NCBI GenBank assembly: GCA_008632985.1
Contig: QPGO01000003.1
Span: forward strand, 248,001-312,000
Direction of reading: 5' to 3'
DNA: 64,000 nt
Source: Psammoneis japonica
Taxonomy: Eukaryota
In this document: piece after piece, positions 1-11,686 of the stretch
Position numbering within the stretch: the stretch's first letter is position 1
How the letters are laid out: each line of letters opens with the position of its first letter
Notes under the pieces: model-generated
Database searches by the model: none
What the model was told of the DNA's origin: nothing
What the model saw: only the letters and a program-made list of their open reading frames with translations
Translations under genes and position numbers: made by a program

Positions 1-121
1 AGACTACCGGTACAACTTGCACTTTTGTAGCAAGGACAACCTACAAAATTGGCCATTCTCTGAGTCAAAGAGTCCCCATAGAACATACAACAGATACAAT
101 TTCCTTGCAATCAAAAGGACA

Positions 122-2221
122 ATGGCAAATGCGAAGCTAATTGGATGTCTCGGGTTCCTTTTGTTTTGCAGCGCAGTCTCTACAAATCCATGCGCTACGC
201 AGTTTCCAAATCCGATCATATCAATTGCTCACGTTGAACGCTATAGAGGTGGTGATAGATTGAAATATCGTATGAGCGTTGATAACTACCAAAACATACC
301 GGACAGCCTTTTTGCTCCTTCTCCAGATCTTGCACCTTGTGGCCGAAACACCGAGGCATCACGAACATTTATCAATATCTACAGTGGCACTGGAAAAAGA
401 CTCTTTGGGTATTGCGCAATAACTTACACTCCTCAAGATCTCTACTTTTTTGCAGACCCTGGAGAAGTGACATCTGCCTATGTTCTTTTCTTTGACCGTC
501 GTTGCAACAGGAGATACGTTTCAAATACAATCCGTGCTCCAGTAACTGCAACTCCGACGCCTCAACCGACGGTGACTCCGACGCATATACCGACGCACTT
601 TCCAAGTCGCGCTCCCTCGCCAGGGCCTACAAAGCAACCTACAAAAGAGCCATCCAGATATCCGACCCCTGACCCAAGTCGTTCGCCGACGAGAGAACCA
701 ACAAATTCGCCCACTGTTTCGCCGACACAATCGCCAACGGCACCCCCAACAACTCAGTATCCAACTCTGCAACCGACAAAGTATGTTCCAAGCCAGGTTC
801 CTACTTCACTGTCAACAGTGGCACCGACAGAAATTACCCAGAAAGCGGATGAGACAAATTTCACAAAGGATTCACAAGAGATGAATCGTGAAGTCGGAAG
901 AGTATGTGACGGAAATGGCGATTGCCGTTCGAATACATGCCGAAACGGCGTGTGTATGTCATCGCCGGATTGCTTCCCCGTAAAGCACACTTATGGGTCC
1001 CCATTTCACAAACACAGGATCAACATCGTATTTGTTCCTTCCGCATTCGGCTCGGTTGGTCATAATGCGTGGCATGAACAGGTCAATCGTACTACTCGTT
1101 TCATGCAAAACTACAATATGTTTGCGGAAGAGATCGATGAGCTCAATGTCTTCATGGTGAATCCATTGAAACTCGATGTGTCATTTTGCAATTTGGGCTG
1201 TCGGGGATACGATCGACTCTTGTGCTGCGATATCAGACTCACGCATGCGTTGGCCGGCAAGTGCTTTCCAGTGGGTTCAAACCTCCAAACTATAGTCATT
1301 CATAACTCAAGGCAATATGGTGGTGCTGGATACACCAATGCAAATGTTGCCACTGCGACAATGCATCCTGCTTCCCCTCACGTATTAGTACATGAGCTTG
1401 GTCACTCACTCTTTGAATTGGCCGACGAGTACTCGTATGGAGACGGAACTGGACTTGAAGCTAATTGTGACACCGGATCGTGTGAGAAATGGTCAGACCT
1501 GATGGGAAGAAAGAACAGACCACTAGGATACGAGACAGTGAAGTGCATTCCTGGATGCGAGAATGGTAACTACTTTGTTGGAGGCCTAACATTCATGGAC
1601 GACTTGCTCTCTCCAGTTGGAGCCGTAAATGAACGATTTAGTTGCTGTACATATTTGTCGTTGACGAAAACGTTCCCATCCTACTGCGACGTTTTCAATC
1701 CATCTCCGAATTATCTCCGAGACTACTGCAAGAAGGATTACCAAAACTATGGCTTCTCAAGCTATGACAGCGAAGAACTTCTTACCATTCCAGGTTATGC
1801 GAACCAAGACAAGGCCAGCGCAAAGTACGTACAAGTTTCAGACCCAGTATTGGTGACAATTACATTCAGGTGGAAACGTCCGGGTGTCATGAAATTCAGA
1901 TCCAAGATCTCTTCATTAGAGTCGAGGATGTTCCGTAAGTCTCAGGTAAAAGGTGATTACCCTAGCCCGAAAGCTGCCGCAAAGGAAGGGGTCCAATCCT
2001 TATTGAAAGTGATTATCATGTACCGATCAGGAAGAGAGACACTTTTCTTCTCGAGAAATGAAATAATCGAAATCCCATTACCCGATCCAAATCAACCTGA
2101 GACAATCGCGAAAGATGCACCGCGGAGTGTGACAAAACAATCGAACGTCTTCGAACTGGTCATTGACAAGAACGGACGAGATATCGAAAAGATTCGTGTG
2201 AAGACAATGAAACGTCGGTGA
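122..2221 (+). CDS. Secreted zinc metallopeptidase, M64 (IgA peptidase)-like, with small N-terminal domain and Pro/Thr linker
   Basis: ATG at 122 followed by a signal-peptide-like hydrophobic stretch (MANAKLIGCLGFLLFCSAVS); PT/PS-rich linker; YGGAG...HELGHSLFELADEY zinc motif typical of family M64; Cys-rich. Confidence 0.8.
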   Translation: MANAKLIGCLGFLLFCSAVSTNPCATQFPNPIISIAHVERYRGGDRLKYRMSVDNYQNIPDSLFAPSPDLAPCGRNTEASRTFINIYSGTGKRLFGYCAITYTPQDLYFFADPGEVTSAYVLFFDRRCNRRYVSNTIRAPVTATPTPQPTVTPTHIPTHFPSRAPSPGPTKQPTKEPSRYPTPDPSRSPTREPTNSPTVSPTQSPTAPPTTQYPTLQPTKYVPSQVPTSLSTVAPTEITQKADETNFTKDSQEMNREVGRVCDGNGDCRSNTCRNGVCMSSPDCFPVKHTYGSPFHKHRINIVFVPSAFGSVGHNAWHEQVNRTTRFMQNYNMFAEEIDELNVFMVNPLKLDVSFCNLGCRGYDRLLCCDIRLTHALAGKCFPVGSNLQTIVIHNSRQYGGAGYTNANVATATMHPASPHVLVHELGHSLFELADEYSYGDGTGLEANCDTGSCEKWSDLMGRKNRPLGYETVKCIPGCENGNYFVGGLTFMDDLLSPVGAVNERFSCCTYLSLTKTFPSYCDVFNPSPNYLRDYCKKDYQNYGFSSYDSEELLTIPGYANQDKASAKYVQVSDPVLVTITFRWKRPGVMKFRSKISSLESRMFRKSQVKGDYPSPKAAAKEGVQSLLKVIIMYRSGRETLFFSRNEIIEIPLPDPNQPETIAKDAPRSVTKQSNVFELVIDKNGRDIEKIRVKTMKRR

Positions 2222-2787
2222 CTTGGATTCCTGAGAGTACAGAAAAATTTTATATGCGGTGAGTTTGGAGATTTGTTAGGCGTCAAATCATCTGTCGTTC
2301 TTCGCAGGGTTGATCTGCATGCTTGTCCTAATGCGCTCTCCACGGGATCAGAGCACATTATGTACTTGCTGAGGCCTAAAAAATGGCTGCAGAGGTTTCC
2401 GATCTTTGAACCATTCCATTAGACTCCACTGGCTCGAGTCCACAAACAAAGTTCCTGTAATGTGCTTGAACAAAATGTGAACAAGATTTTCGTTATGGTT
2501 CTCAAGGCAAGGTTGGGTCACACGACCAATTTGCTTTTCGTCGTACTGCCCAATTTTGAAAAATGGATGCATATGCTCGCTACAGTACATAGATACAGTA
2601 GTAGTATCTACTCTTACAGTACTGGAGAAGATTAGAATGTAAGTCATAGGGGCATAATCCGACAACAAAATGTCACATTGGCTTCCAAAAAATTGTCGGT
2701 CATCCAAGACGAGTTCTATCATAAGCCCTTCGAGTGAAATTGTGAGCGACTCGGAAGAAACGAAGTTACCATAACAGCACGCAAACC

Positions 2788-5700
2788 ATGGCGGCCAATC
2801 GAACAGAGAAACGCCTAATGCTCGCTACAGTGAATTGTATACAGCTACAGTCTGGAATAAAAAATTATCCAATGTTGAATTCAACGGTCAACGCTCCGCT
2901 TCGACCTTCCTGTTTCACTCTGGTTATTCTGCTTCTTCTTGTCTTTGTTGACAACGTTCAGTCTACGATGACCGTGGGGGTGTATGCTCAAAAGAAATTT
3001 AACGGCCCTGGATTAAACGACTGTAATGATGAAACTCTCAATGTGTTGTCAAACCTGGAATACTTGAAGAAATGGAATGGGGATTTCAGTGACTATATTA
3101 TCGACACATCAATTAAAACGTTCGCCGATCCCAATCTTGCATCGAAGCTACAAACCTTTAGTGCTTTCATCATGCCCACCATTCAAACCTATTCTCTCAG
3201 CGCTGTTCATGGATGGGGGGTTGCAGCAGAGAAGACCTTGAAAGAATATGTTGAAAACGGTGGAGTCTTGCTGGCAATGTCAGTGCAAACGAATACGCTC
3301 GCCTTTCTCAACTCGATTTTCCCTGGCTGGAACATTGGTGACGCTGGCTACTGCCGACCGAGAGTAAGAATAAGCTCAGGAAATGCTGCAGGAACTGTAT
3401 TTCAGGGGGGACCGAGCTCTGTGGATTGCCCGTCAACTACTAAGTTTATCACGTGCGGCAACGTTGCATGCACACCAATCTACGGGACGAAAAGCGCAGC
3501 AGTAGTGGCGATGCTTCCCTACGGATCCGGTTTTGTTATTCTTTATGCCTGGAGCTTCTACAACGGTGGTCATGCCATCAATATCCCGGGAGTCGGTACG
3601 CACCTTAACTGCCCCTACAGAAACAACCCATGGGCAACAGAAGTTCTTCCCCGTGCACTTGAGTTTGCAGAGCAACATTTTGTGGTTCAGAGAGCACGTT
3701 CACGAACGAGTCCACCTTCAATTGCACCCAAGGACTCCTCTGCTATGGTATGCCGCGATGACCCTCTAGGTTGGCACGATGCTGATGGTGAACAGTACAA
3801 CTGCATTTGGTACGGAAAGGATGACAATTGCCAACAATATGGAAATTTATTCGAAAACTTTGGTACCGTCGCGATGAATGCTTGCTGCTCCTGTGATGGC
3901 GGCCGAATGGTTGCAAAGAATGCGGATACTTCAACTGGACTAGTTTTGCCTCCCCCGACTTCATCTCCGTCGCGACAGCCTACCCATCTACCAACGCCAT
4001 CACCAACAAAGCAGCCGACTAGACCGCCTTCTTCGCGACCAACGGTCTCCCCGACGACTCATCCTACATTATATCCATCCCTTCCACCTACTCCATTTCC
4101 AACGCTCAATCCTACACCATCTCCCACGAAGCAACAGACAAATTCACCAACGACGATCCCTACTCCACCGCCCTCTACATCTCCGACAACTGCAACACCA
4201 ACATTCGAGCCGACGCCCCGTTCAACACTATCTCCCACGTTGGGACCCACAGCCAACCCGACGAAAGGTCCAACACGAGTTCCTTCCCCCAGGCCTTCAT
4301 TGCCTCCAACTCAAATTTTCACGTCTTTTCCCACCACGCCTCCAACTCCGAATCCGTCTCAACGACCGTCAAAGATGCCGACAAGCGGCCCAACTAGAAA
4401 TCCAACTGCATCACCTACACTTTCACCGACGAGCGAGCCAATGGAGACTATCACATCCCAACCTTCTGCGTCGCCTACAACTTTGTCGCCATCTCCAGCG
4501 CCCACGGTTCAACCCACAAGGATTCCTACTCCAGTTCCGACGAATCCTGAGGGCGAAGGACTGCTGAATTCTTCTCCGTCGTCAACCAAAACCAATTCAA
4601 CATACAGCGGGCAAGATCGGGCAAAAGCCTCAATTGAAGCGGGAAGACCATGCAGCATGAATCAGGAGTGCATATCAAATACATGCCGGAGTGGAGTTTG
4701 TATGTACTCGTCAGCTTGCTATCCACTGAAGCACAAGTTTGGGACCCAGTTTCACAAACACAGAGTCAACATTGTGTTTGTCGCCTCTGGTTTCAATACC
4801 GCCACCAAAGACGAGTGGAAAGATCGGGTCGACCATACCTACAAGTCGTTTGAGAACTACACCTTTTTCGGAAACAACATTGAACAACTCAACATGTTTC
4901 GAGTTGATCCATGGAAGTTGGACTCATCGTTCTGTTCACCCGATTGTGCAGGAATAGCTCGACTTCTCTGCTGTGACCAGCAGCGAGCTTTGGCTCTGGC
5001 GACCAAGTGCTTTCCTGTTGGCTCAAATCTTCAAACGGTTGTGATTCATAACTCAGAGTTATATGGAGGAGCAGGATATCGCTTTGACAATATCGCCACC
5101 GTCACTGTGCACCCGCGAGCGCCCTTGATTGCAGCGCACGAGCTGGGCCACTCGCTGTTTGACTTGACGGATGAATACAGCTACGGACCTGGAACGGATA
5201 GCGAGGCGAACTGCGCCTCAACCAGCAAATGCGACAAGTGGTCTGATCTTATCGACAACACTCCCGCACGGTATGATCCCGTCCAGTGCTTGCCTGGCTG
5301 TCGAAACAACAACTTTTATGTCGCATCACGATCCTTTATGAACGATCTGAAGAGTCCCATGGGAGCTGTCAATGAAAGATTCACTTGCTGCACCTATCAG
5401 GCCTTGACGAAATCCTTCCCGGCCTATTGCAATGTCTTTGACCCGTCCCCGAACTACCTCTTGAACTACTGCCGCGAGAAAGACTACCAACGTTATGGCA
5501 GAACAAGCTATGACTTGGAACCGCTCTTGTCTATAACCGACGGCACTCTTCTTCAAGACGCCAATACAAAATACGTGCAAGTTGAAAACCCAGTGTATGT
5601 CTCCATCACGTCCAAGAGAAAACGTTCGGGTGTTACCGTGTATCGAGCCAAACCACCGTTATCCCTCGATCCTGGAATGTTTCTTCGTTCGCGGGTTGAG

Positions 5701-5967
5701 GGCGAATTTACCAGTCCTAAAAAAGCCAGGAAAGATGGCGTAGATTCGCTTGTTAAGGTGATGGTATTCTATCGCACAGGGGAAGAAACCTTGTACTATT
5801 CCTTAAACGCAACCATTGAAGTACCGCCGTCTGATAATGTGGAAGAAGAAAATGGTGACCAGCGACTTGTTGTCTTTTCGGAAAAAGCAGAGAGCCTCAA
5901 TATCATCTTGAATAGCAAAGGAAGAGGAGTGAAGAGAGTTAGAGTAAAGGCCATTGATCTTCGATAA
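2788..5967 (+). CDS. Secreted M64-like metallopeptidase paralogue with a different N-terminal domain, a Cys module and a long PT linker (true start possibly 2872)
   Basis: Hydrophobic signal (FTLVILLLLVFV); CRDDPLGWHDADG...ACCSCDGG module; YGGAG...HELGHSLFDLTDEY; C-terminal half colinear with 122..2221. Confidence 0.8.
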   Translation: MAANRTEKRLMLATVNCIQLQSGIKNYPMLNSTVNAPLRPSCFTLVILLLLVFVDNVQSTMTVGVYAQKKFNGPGLNDCNDETLNVLSNLEYLKKWNGDFSDYIIDTSIKTFADPNLASKLQTFSAFIMPTIQTYSLSAVHGWGVAAEKTLKEYVENGGVLLAMSVQTNTLAFLNSIFPGWNIGDAGYCRPRVRISSGNAAGTVFQGGPSSVDCPSTTKFITCGNVACTPIYGTKSAAVVAMLPYGSGFVILYAWSFYNGGHAINIPGVGTHLNCPYRNNPWATEVLPRALEFAEQHFVVQRARSRTSPPSIAPKDSSAMVCRDDPLGWHDADGEQYNCIWYGKDDNCQQYGNLFENFGTVAMNACCSCDGGRMVAKNADTSTGLVLPPPTSSPSRQPTHLPTPSPTKQPTRPPSSRPTVSPTTHPTLYPSLPPTPFPTLNPTPSPTKQQTNSPTTIPTPPPSTSPTTATPTFEPTPRSTLSPTLGPTANPTKGPTRVPSPRPSLPPTQIFTSFPTTPPTPNPSQRPSKMPTSGPTRNPTASPTLSPTSEPMETITSQPSASPTTLSPSPAPTVQPTRIPTPVPTNPEGEGLLNSSPSSTKTNSTYSGQDRAKASIEAGRPCSMNQECISNTCRSGVCMYSSACYPLKHKFGTQFHKHRVNIVFVASGFNTATKDEWKDRVDHTYKSFENYTFFGNNIEQLNMFRVDPWKLDSSFCSPDCAGIARLLCCDQQRALALATKCFPVGSNLQTVVIHNSELYGGAGYRFDNIATVTVHPRAPLIAAHELGHSLFDLTDEYSYGPGTDSEANCASTSKCDKWSDLIDNTPARYDPVQCLPGCRNNNFYVASRSFMNDLKSPMGAVNERFTCCTYQALTKSFPAYCNVFDPSPNYLLNYCREKDYQRYGRTSYDLEPLLSITDGTLLQDANTKYVQVENPVYVSITSKRKRSGVTVYRAKPPLSLDPGMFLRSRVEGEFTSPKKARKDGVDSLVKVMVFYRTGEETLYYSLNATIEVPPSDNVEEENGDQRLVVFSEKAESLNIILNSKGRGVKRVRVKAIDLR

Positions 5968-6113
5968 AATGTATGTAACATTATTACTACGTTTCAAAAG
6001 TTGAACCATATGAGCCAGACTCTGTTGTGCATGGAACCGGGGAACTATGGTGTCAACAGCCAATGTCCTGTTATCGTCACACGTGTATCTTGCCCTCTTT
6101 CTACTTCTCCCAT

Positions 6114-6455
6114 TTAATTCTCGTCTTCAAACACAGTCACCACTTGAGCCGCATCGTCCAAACCGGCCATTCGAAGGTTGCGTCGAACACGCGTCTTGGC
6201 TTCGTACTCCTCCATTTTTTCTGGATTGTTTCTTCTCTCAAGAATCTGTTGCTGGAGGCGCTCTTGCTCCTCGTATTCACGTTGCTTTCTCGCTTCACGC
6301 TCTTTCCTCGCATCCTCGTTGAAGTAGTCAAACAGACCCATGGACAAGGGCGTGGTCGACGATGACACGCAGTGACGTGGTTGTTGCACGACAAACGACT
6401 CGCCCGAGGTGGCAAGCAAAAGAAGAGCAGTGGCAGCGGAAACAGAAAGCTTCAT
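6114..6455 (-). CDS. Small plastid-targeted coiled-coil protein
   Basis: Signal peptide ending GES-FVV (ASAFAP-like), Ser/Thr-rich transit peptide, then LSMGLFDYF and an E/R/K-rich helix. Confidence 0.7.
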   Translation of the reverse strand: MKLSVSAATALLLLATSGESFVVQQPRHCVSSSTTPLSMGLFDYFNEDARKEREARKQREYEEQERLQQQILERRNNPEKMEEYEAKTRVRRNLRMAGLDDAAQVVTVFEDEN

Positions 6456-6749
6456 TGTGTGTGGTTGTTTTTTAATTTGTCAGTATGGTTGTTGCCCGTG
6501 GATTTTTTGTGAAAAAAGAATTGTCGTGGTGCGGTTTTGCTTTGTTGTTTCTCATTGCGTGGTGGGTCGTGGTAGGTGGCGATTGTTGTGAGTCACTTTC
6601 TTTTCTGCAGTGGTGGCAATTTCAGACGTGTTTTACGATCGTAGTCAGTCATGTGGCGCCACCAAAAACGGTGTTATTTGCCCGTTTGCGTTGGGCCACG
6701 TGTGATCTAGCTACTTTAGCCAGTGGGCCCACTGTAACAGTTGAGGTCA

Positions 6750-8850
6750 TGCATTGCTGTTTTCCACTGTTTTCAGCACATTTCTGCATAAGATTGGGGA
6801 TGTGATGCAGCAACGGGGAGAAAACAATCTTGTGTCTCTTTGTTCTTCCTCTGCCCCAATTCCCTGAGCTGCTGTCCGCACGTGAAAAAAACCCGCGACT
6901 CAGAATTGAAAAAAAGAGCACAGCCCAAAAACATTGATGCAGGCATTTTGGGGGGGGGGGGGGGGGGGCACTGAAGTGTAAAAGAACAAAATGCAATTCT
7001 GTTTAGACTGGTGCTGCAGAGTGGAGGTCACAACAACACAAAACATCATGGCGGCGCAACTTTGTCGGTTTTGGCGGCAAGCATGAACTCCTGTGGAGTG
7101 CACACACAGAAGCATTGTGTCATTTCTACAAGAAAAAGACATTGTGCTCTGCAGGCTGCCAGACAGCTCAATCAAAAGATGCGCCATGCCGGCGCCAATC
7201 ACCAGCCATTGTTGCATGCTTTGCTGTTCACTGACAACGTCTCAGCTGGCAAGACCTTTCTAAAGTGTGGCTGCAATGTTGGGCCTGCTCAAGAACATTC
7301 AATGCTTCCTGCTGCTGGCCAAGGGGATGGCTCCAAACCACTGACATCTTCCATTGAAACTCTTCCATGCCAGCTGCAGCTCCGTCACGCCAGCCAATGC
7401 CCGACTCTGCACCATGCCCCAGGGCCCTGCCAACACTGAGACAGCGAGGGAGGGTTGGTCACAAAATCCGCCCATGGCAATTCAAACGGGAACAGAAAGT
7501 TGGTTGACCTGCAATGACTCCTTCATTCAACGCCAACAACAACATCACCATTTTCAGCCCCCACTCTAACAAATGACTGCCACTCGAATCCCAACTCGCC
7601 CCCCACTCTCCACCCTGCAGAGAGTCTCACAGAAATGCCAACAACATCATGGGGACAGGATTCTGGAGTTTCTGAGCGAGGCCATGTGCAGTGCAATTGC
7701 TCTGCAACAATGCTGCATGCAGCACACATGTGTCAATCTCATCTGCAGCACATGTCACAAATGATCAAGAGCCGCTCCACAATGAACAATGTCGAGTCAT
7801 CTTTGTTCCACTCAGTGACACAGCAAACTCATGGCAATCCACATGGTGAATCGCAAAAAGAGCACTGTTCCCAAAATTCCAAACATCGCCAAAGATGCAC
7901 CACAAAGCATCCCTCGACCCGGGAAAAACCGTGAAGCAAATGCATCGGATCTTTTCATCACACAGGCATTGACATGAGAGGGTGCTGTGCCAGCCAAATG
8001 AACAATGGGCAAGTGCCCAACACTCATGTGACCCCAGAAACCTTCAAAGCACGAATGTTCAAAATTGGCACAGCACACTTGACATGGATGACCAAACAGA
8101 AAAGATGAAAAACTTCGAGACAACGACATGCCTCGAATGCAACAAAACATGAGACACACAATGCAGCATTGAATGATTGACTTGCATTTTGAGAGGAGAA
8201 CACTTGAGTTCTTCTTGTTCTCCCATGGGGTTGCAATGGGCTTGCTTCTGCCCTCTCGGAGTGCCGGCATCTGTTTGAGCTGCTGTCTCTTGTCTCCTTG
8301 TCCTCACCATCAAGCACATGCCCAAGCTCAGAAAATTGAGCAGCAACGGCAGGACACATGCAAGGATCAGCAGGAAAAGATGCATGGATTGAAACGATGG
8401 TGAGACAATGATCCCCCAAACCAGAAGATGCGCGTGGCTTTTCCAGTGTGCCGAACGATGAACGAGTGACTTGCACTTTTGAAAGGAGAGCACTCAAGTG
8501 CTTCTAACTCATCTTCACCCCAAGGATCAAAATGGGCTCGCTCATCTTTTTCCTGAAGTCGCGTGGGCAGTTTCGTTGACAAGGAGGCAATGCCATGGAG
8601 GGCCGCACCGCCGCTTTGAATGCCCCCATCTGTTGATGGAAAACACAGAAAAAGTGCTTTCATCAGCCAATGACACAGGGCATCACTGTTGGACATGTCA
8701 CAAATTTGGCACAAATCATCGTGCAAAGCTGCGTGCACAAATTCACGTGGAAATCAAAGTTTTGCACCATGCCACCAAAACTGGAAAATCGCATTACACC
8801 CAATGTGTCCGTCGTTGTCCGCCATCGAACGCTGTGCGCATGCATCATTT
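6750..8850. other. TpA/CpG-depleted degenerate domain (probable decayed repeat/TE)
   Basis: Only 6 TA dinucleotides counted by eye in 6961-8760, versus about 17 in 300 bp of the coding region at 121-420; TG/CA excess; spurious C/H/Q-rich ORFs; G19 run at 6950-6968. Confidence 0.75.
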
Positions 8851-9082
8851 GCGATTCAATAAATGTGGATGACGTCAAACTTCAATTCGTTCTTCGGGAA
8901 GTTTCCCTGTCCGTCACTCCATCAGTTTCCCTGCAGTTTCAACGAGTTCCGGCAAAGATATCCGTCGGATCTTCTGCGTAGAACTTGTACTATCTTCTAC
9001 GCAGGGATCGGAGGGTGTATCCTTTGCCACGAGTTCTTTGTTCCAGCACACAAACATTTGTTGTGCTCCGTCGTCGTTGACC

Positions 9083-10791
9083 ATGTTGCTCTCCACCGGT
9101 CTCAAGACTCTAGCGAGTCGTCAGGTGAGTCTGGTTTCGTTACTTATCGCTCATATATTTTATGTTGCTTTTGTACAGTGAATCGGTTGTCTGAATAAAA
9201 TTGAAGCATTGATTTGACTTTGCAACATGAAACTTCTGGAAATGTCTGTTTTTGCCGTGAAAATCTTACCGTTTCTCTTTTTTTTTCATGTTGTAGGCAC
9301 GCTTTCTAACCATGTTGCATCTCGTTCCGTCACGACCTTGCAACAAACACTCATGGAGCAAGTACCCGAAAAACAAAAGAGCATTGCGGCTCTGAAAAAG
9401 GAACACGGATCTCACGTGTAAGTTATATTGCGAGGCATATAGCAAAAGATGAGGTGTTTTACCGGATGTGCTCTTTGTTTTTTGTTGCAACAGTTATGCT
9501 CACATTTCAAAATCACTGTTGTCTAAATCTATCATCACTATTATTCTAACAATCATAGTATCGGTGAAGTAACAGTTGATCAGTGCATTGGCGGTGCCCG
9601 TGGTGTAAAGTGCATGCTGTGGGAAACTTCCAATCTCGATCCCGAAGAAGGCATTCGTTTTCGTGGATTAACCATTCCCGAATGCCAAGCCGTTCTTCCC
9701 ACCTTTTCGGGAACCAAAGGAGACGGCGAACCCCTCTATGAAAGTTTGCTGTGGTTGCTCTTGACGAGCCAAGTCCCCACCAAGGAACAAGTCGATACGC
9801 TGACGGCCGATTTGCATACTCGCGCGGAAAGCAAGCTTCCCGCACACGTGGTGCCACTTCTAAACTCGTTGCCCAAGGACATGCATCCCATGACTCAATT
9901 TTCCATTGGACTCAATGCGTGTCAAACGGAATCGGAATTTGCCAAGGCCTACGCTGCCGGTGCACCCAAGACGGATTATCACGTGCACGTGTTGGAAGAC
10001 ATTCTCAATGTTCTGGCTGTGCTTCCCGAAATCGCCGCCACGATTTACCGCAATGTCTACTTTGATGGTGTTGTGAGCAAGGACACGTCATTGGATTATT
10101 CCGGTAACTTTTGTCGCATGCTCGGCTATGACAATCCATCCTTTGATGAATTGATGCGTCTCTACCTTTGCATCCATACCGATCACGAAGGTGGCAATGC
10201 TTCGGCACACACGACGCACTTGGTCGGATCGACCCTGTCGGATCCGTACCTTTCCTATGCCGCCGGACTCAACGCTCTTGCCGGTCCACTCCACGGTTTG
10301 GCCAATCAAGAAGTATTAAAGTGGATTCAAGACCTCAAGGCCAAATTCGAATCCGAGGGCAAAGAGTCAATGCCGAAACCATTACGGAATTTGCGTGGGA
10401 CACTCTGAACGCGAAAAAGGTCATTCCCGGTTACGGCCACGCCGTTTTAAGGAAAACGGATCCCCGTTATACCTGTCAACGTGAGTTTGCACTCAAACAC
10501 ATGCCGGAAGATGAACTCTTTCAAGTGGTGGATACCATTTATCAAGTCATGCCTGACATTCTAAAGGAGCATGGCAAGGTGGCCAACCCATACCCCAATG
10601 TCGATTCGCATTCTGGTGTGTTGCTTTGGCATTATGGATTTACGCAATTCCAATACTATACCGTATTGTTTGGTGTCAGTCGTGCGGTCGGTGGATTGGC
10701 TCAATTGTATTGGGATCGTGCTCTTGGATTGCCCTTGGAACGACCCAAGTCGGTTACGCCCGAGTGGTTGTGGTCTCAAGTGAGTAAATAA
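9083..10791 (+). CDS. CS: Mitochondrial citrate synthase (introns ~9125-9296 and 9418-9558; apparent 1-nt indels near 9120 and 10363)
   Basis: Motifs [64 protein letters not shown] intron 9418-9558 restores the frame ([17 protein letters not shown]). Confidence 0.93.
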
Positions 10792-11063
10792 AATCAGCGA
10801 CAAAATCAGATTGAGTTGAGTTTGTTGTGAACTTGCTTTGGACGATTGAGATTAGATGTGAAGGAGCACTGTAGGGTTATATATGATTTGGAAAGATGGG
10901 CACGGTGTTGTGCTCCAACGATAAAGAATGTACGGTAAAGAATTAGGAAAACGAGAGAGTTGGTCTCTTTCTTAGCCAATGGCACACCGCATGGGTAGTG
11001 TGGGGTGACACGAATTTTTTCCAGCATGAAACGTCCTGCTTTCCCGGCTTATGCACGCAACTG

Positions 11064-11096
11064 CTATGGATGATTCACTTTTGAACCACTGCCCTG
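11064..11096 (-). pseudogene. Remnant 3' end (last 10 codons plus stop) of a phytoene desaturase copy
   Basis: ctatggatgattcacttttgaaccactgccctg is identical to 20385-20417, the 3' end of PDS. Confidence 0.8.
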
Positions 11097-11686
11097 TATT
11101 GTTGACTCCAGTGTCGTCGGAGTGACCTCACAATAACAACCCCACCCCACCCCACCCCCACTAAAGGAGAATCAAAAGCCTAGTAAATCAGGAAGTAAGA
11201 TCTTTATTGCAAAAAGACAGTGAGAAGATGGCGCTGGTCCGCACCTTTGCTGACACTGAAGGGCCCTGTCTGAGCTGGGTCTCACCCTACAGGATGGAAA
11301 CATGCCCCCCACCACCACCACCACCATCACATGCCACCGAGAACATGCTGCCCATGCCAACCAAACTCACACCAACACATTACACATTGGTCGCGGCGGC
11401 GCCAGAAGAATCTGTCTCTAGAGTTTCGCGCGCACCAGTGAAGCAACAACGCGCAACATTTCGATGGGGCCCTATTACGTTTGGGCAGACATTATGGCAA
11501 TCGAAATAAATATGCCCTGGTACCACCCGTCAAACGTCGAAGCCACAAAGACGTGTCCGTTTTTTCACAACATCAATGATGACATAATGTTTCACTTTGT
11601 ACGGGTTAACGGGCATGAAGCGTTTTCACATCGTTTCCAGTTGTTTTCGTTACCTTACTTGTTACCCTTCCAAATCAAGCGTCACC

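Noticed and set aside
6950..6968. Poly-G runs (also 59150-59163) and the CCCCA repeat near 11140 as functional G-quadruplexes
   Set aside because: No supporting context; homopolymer lengths are unreliable in this assembly
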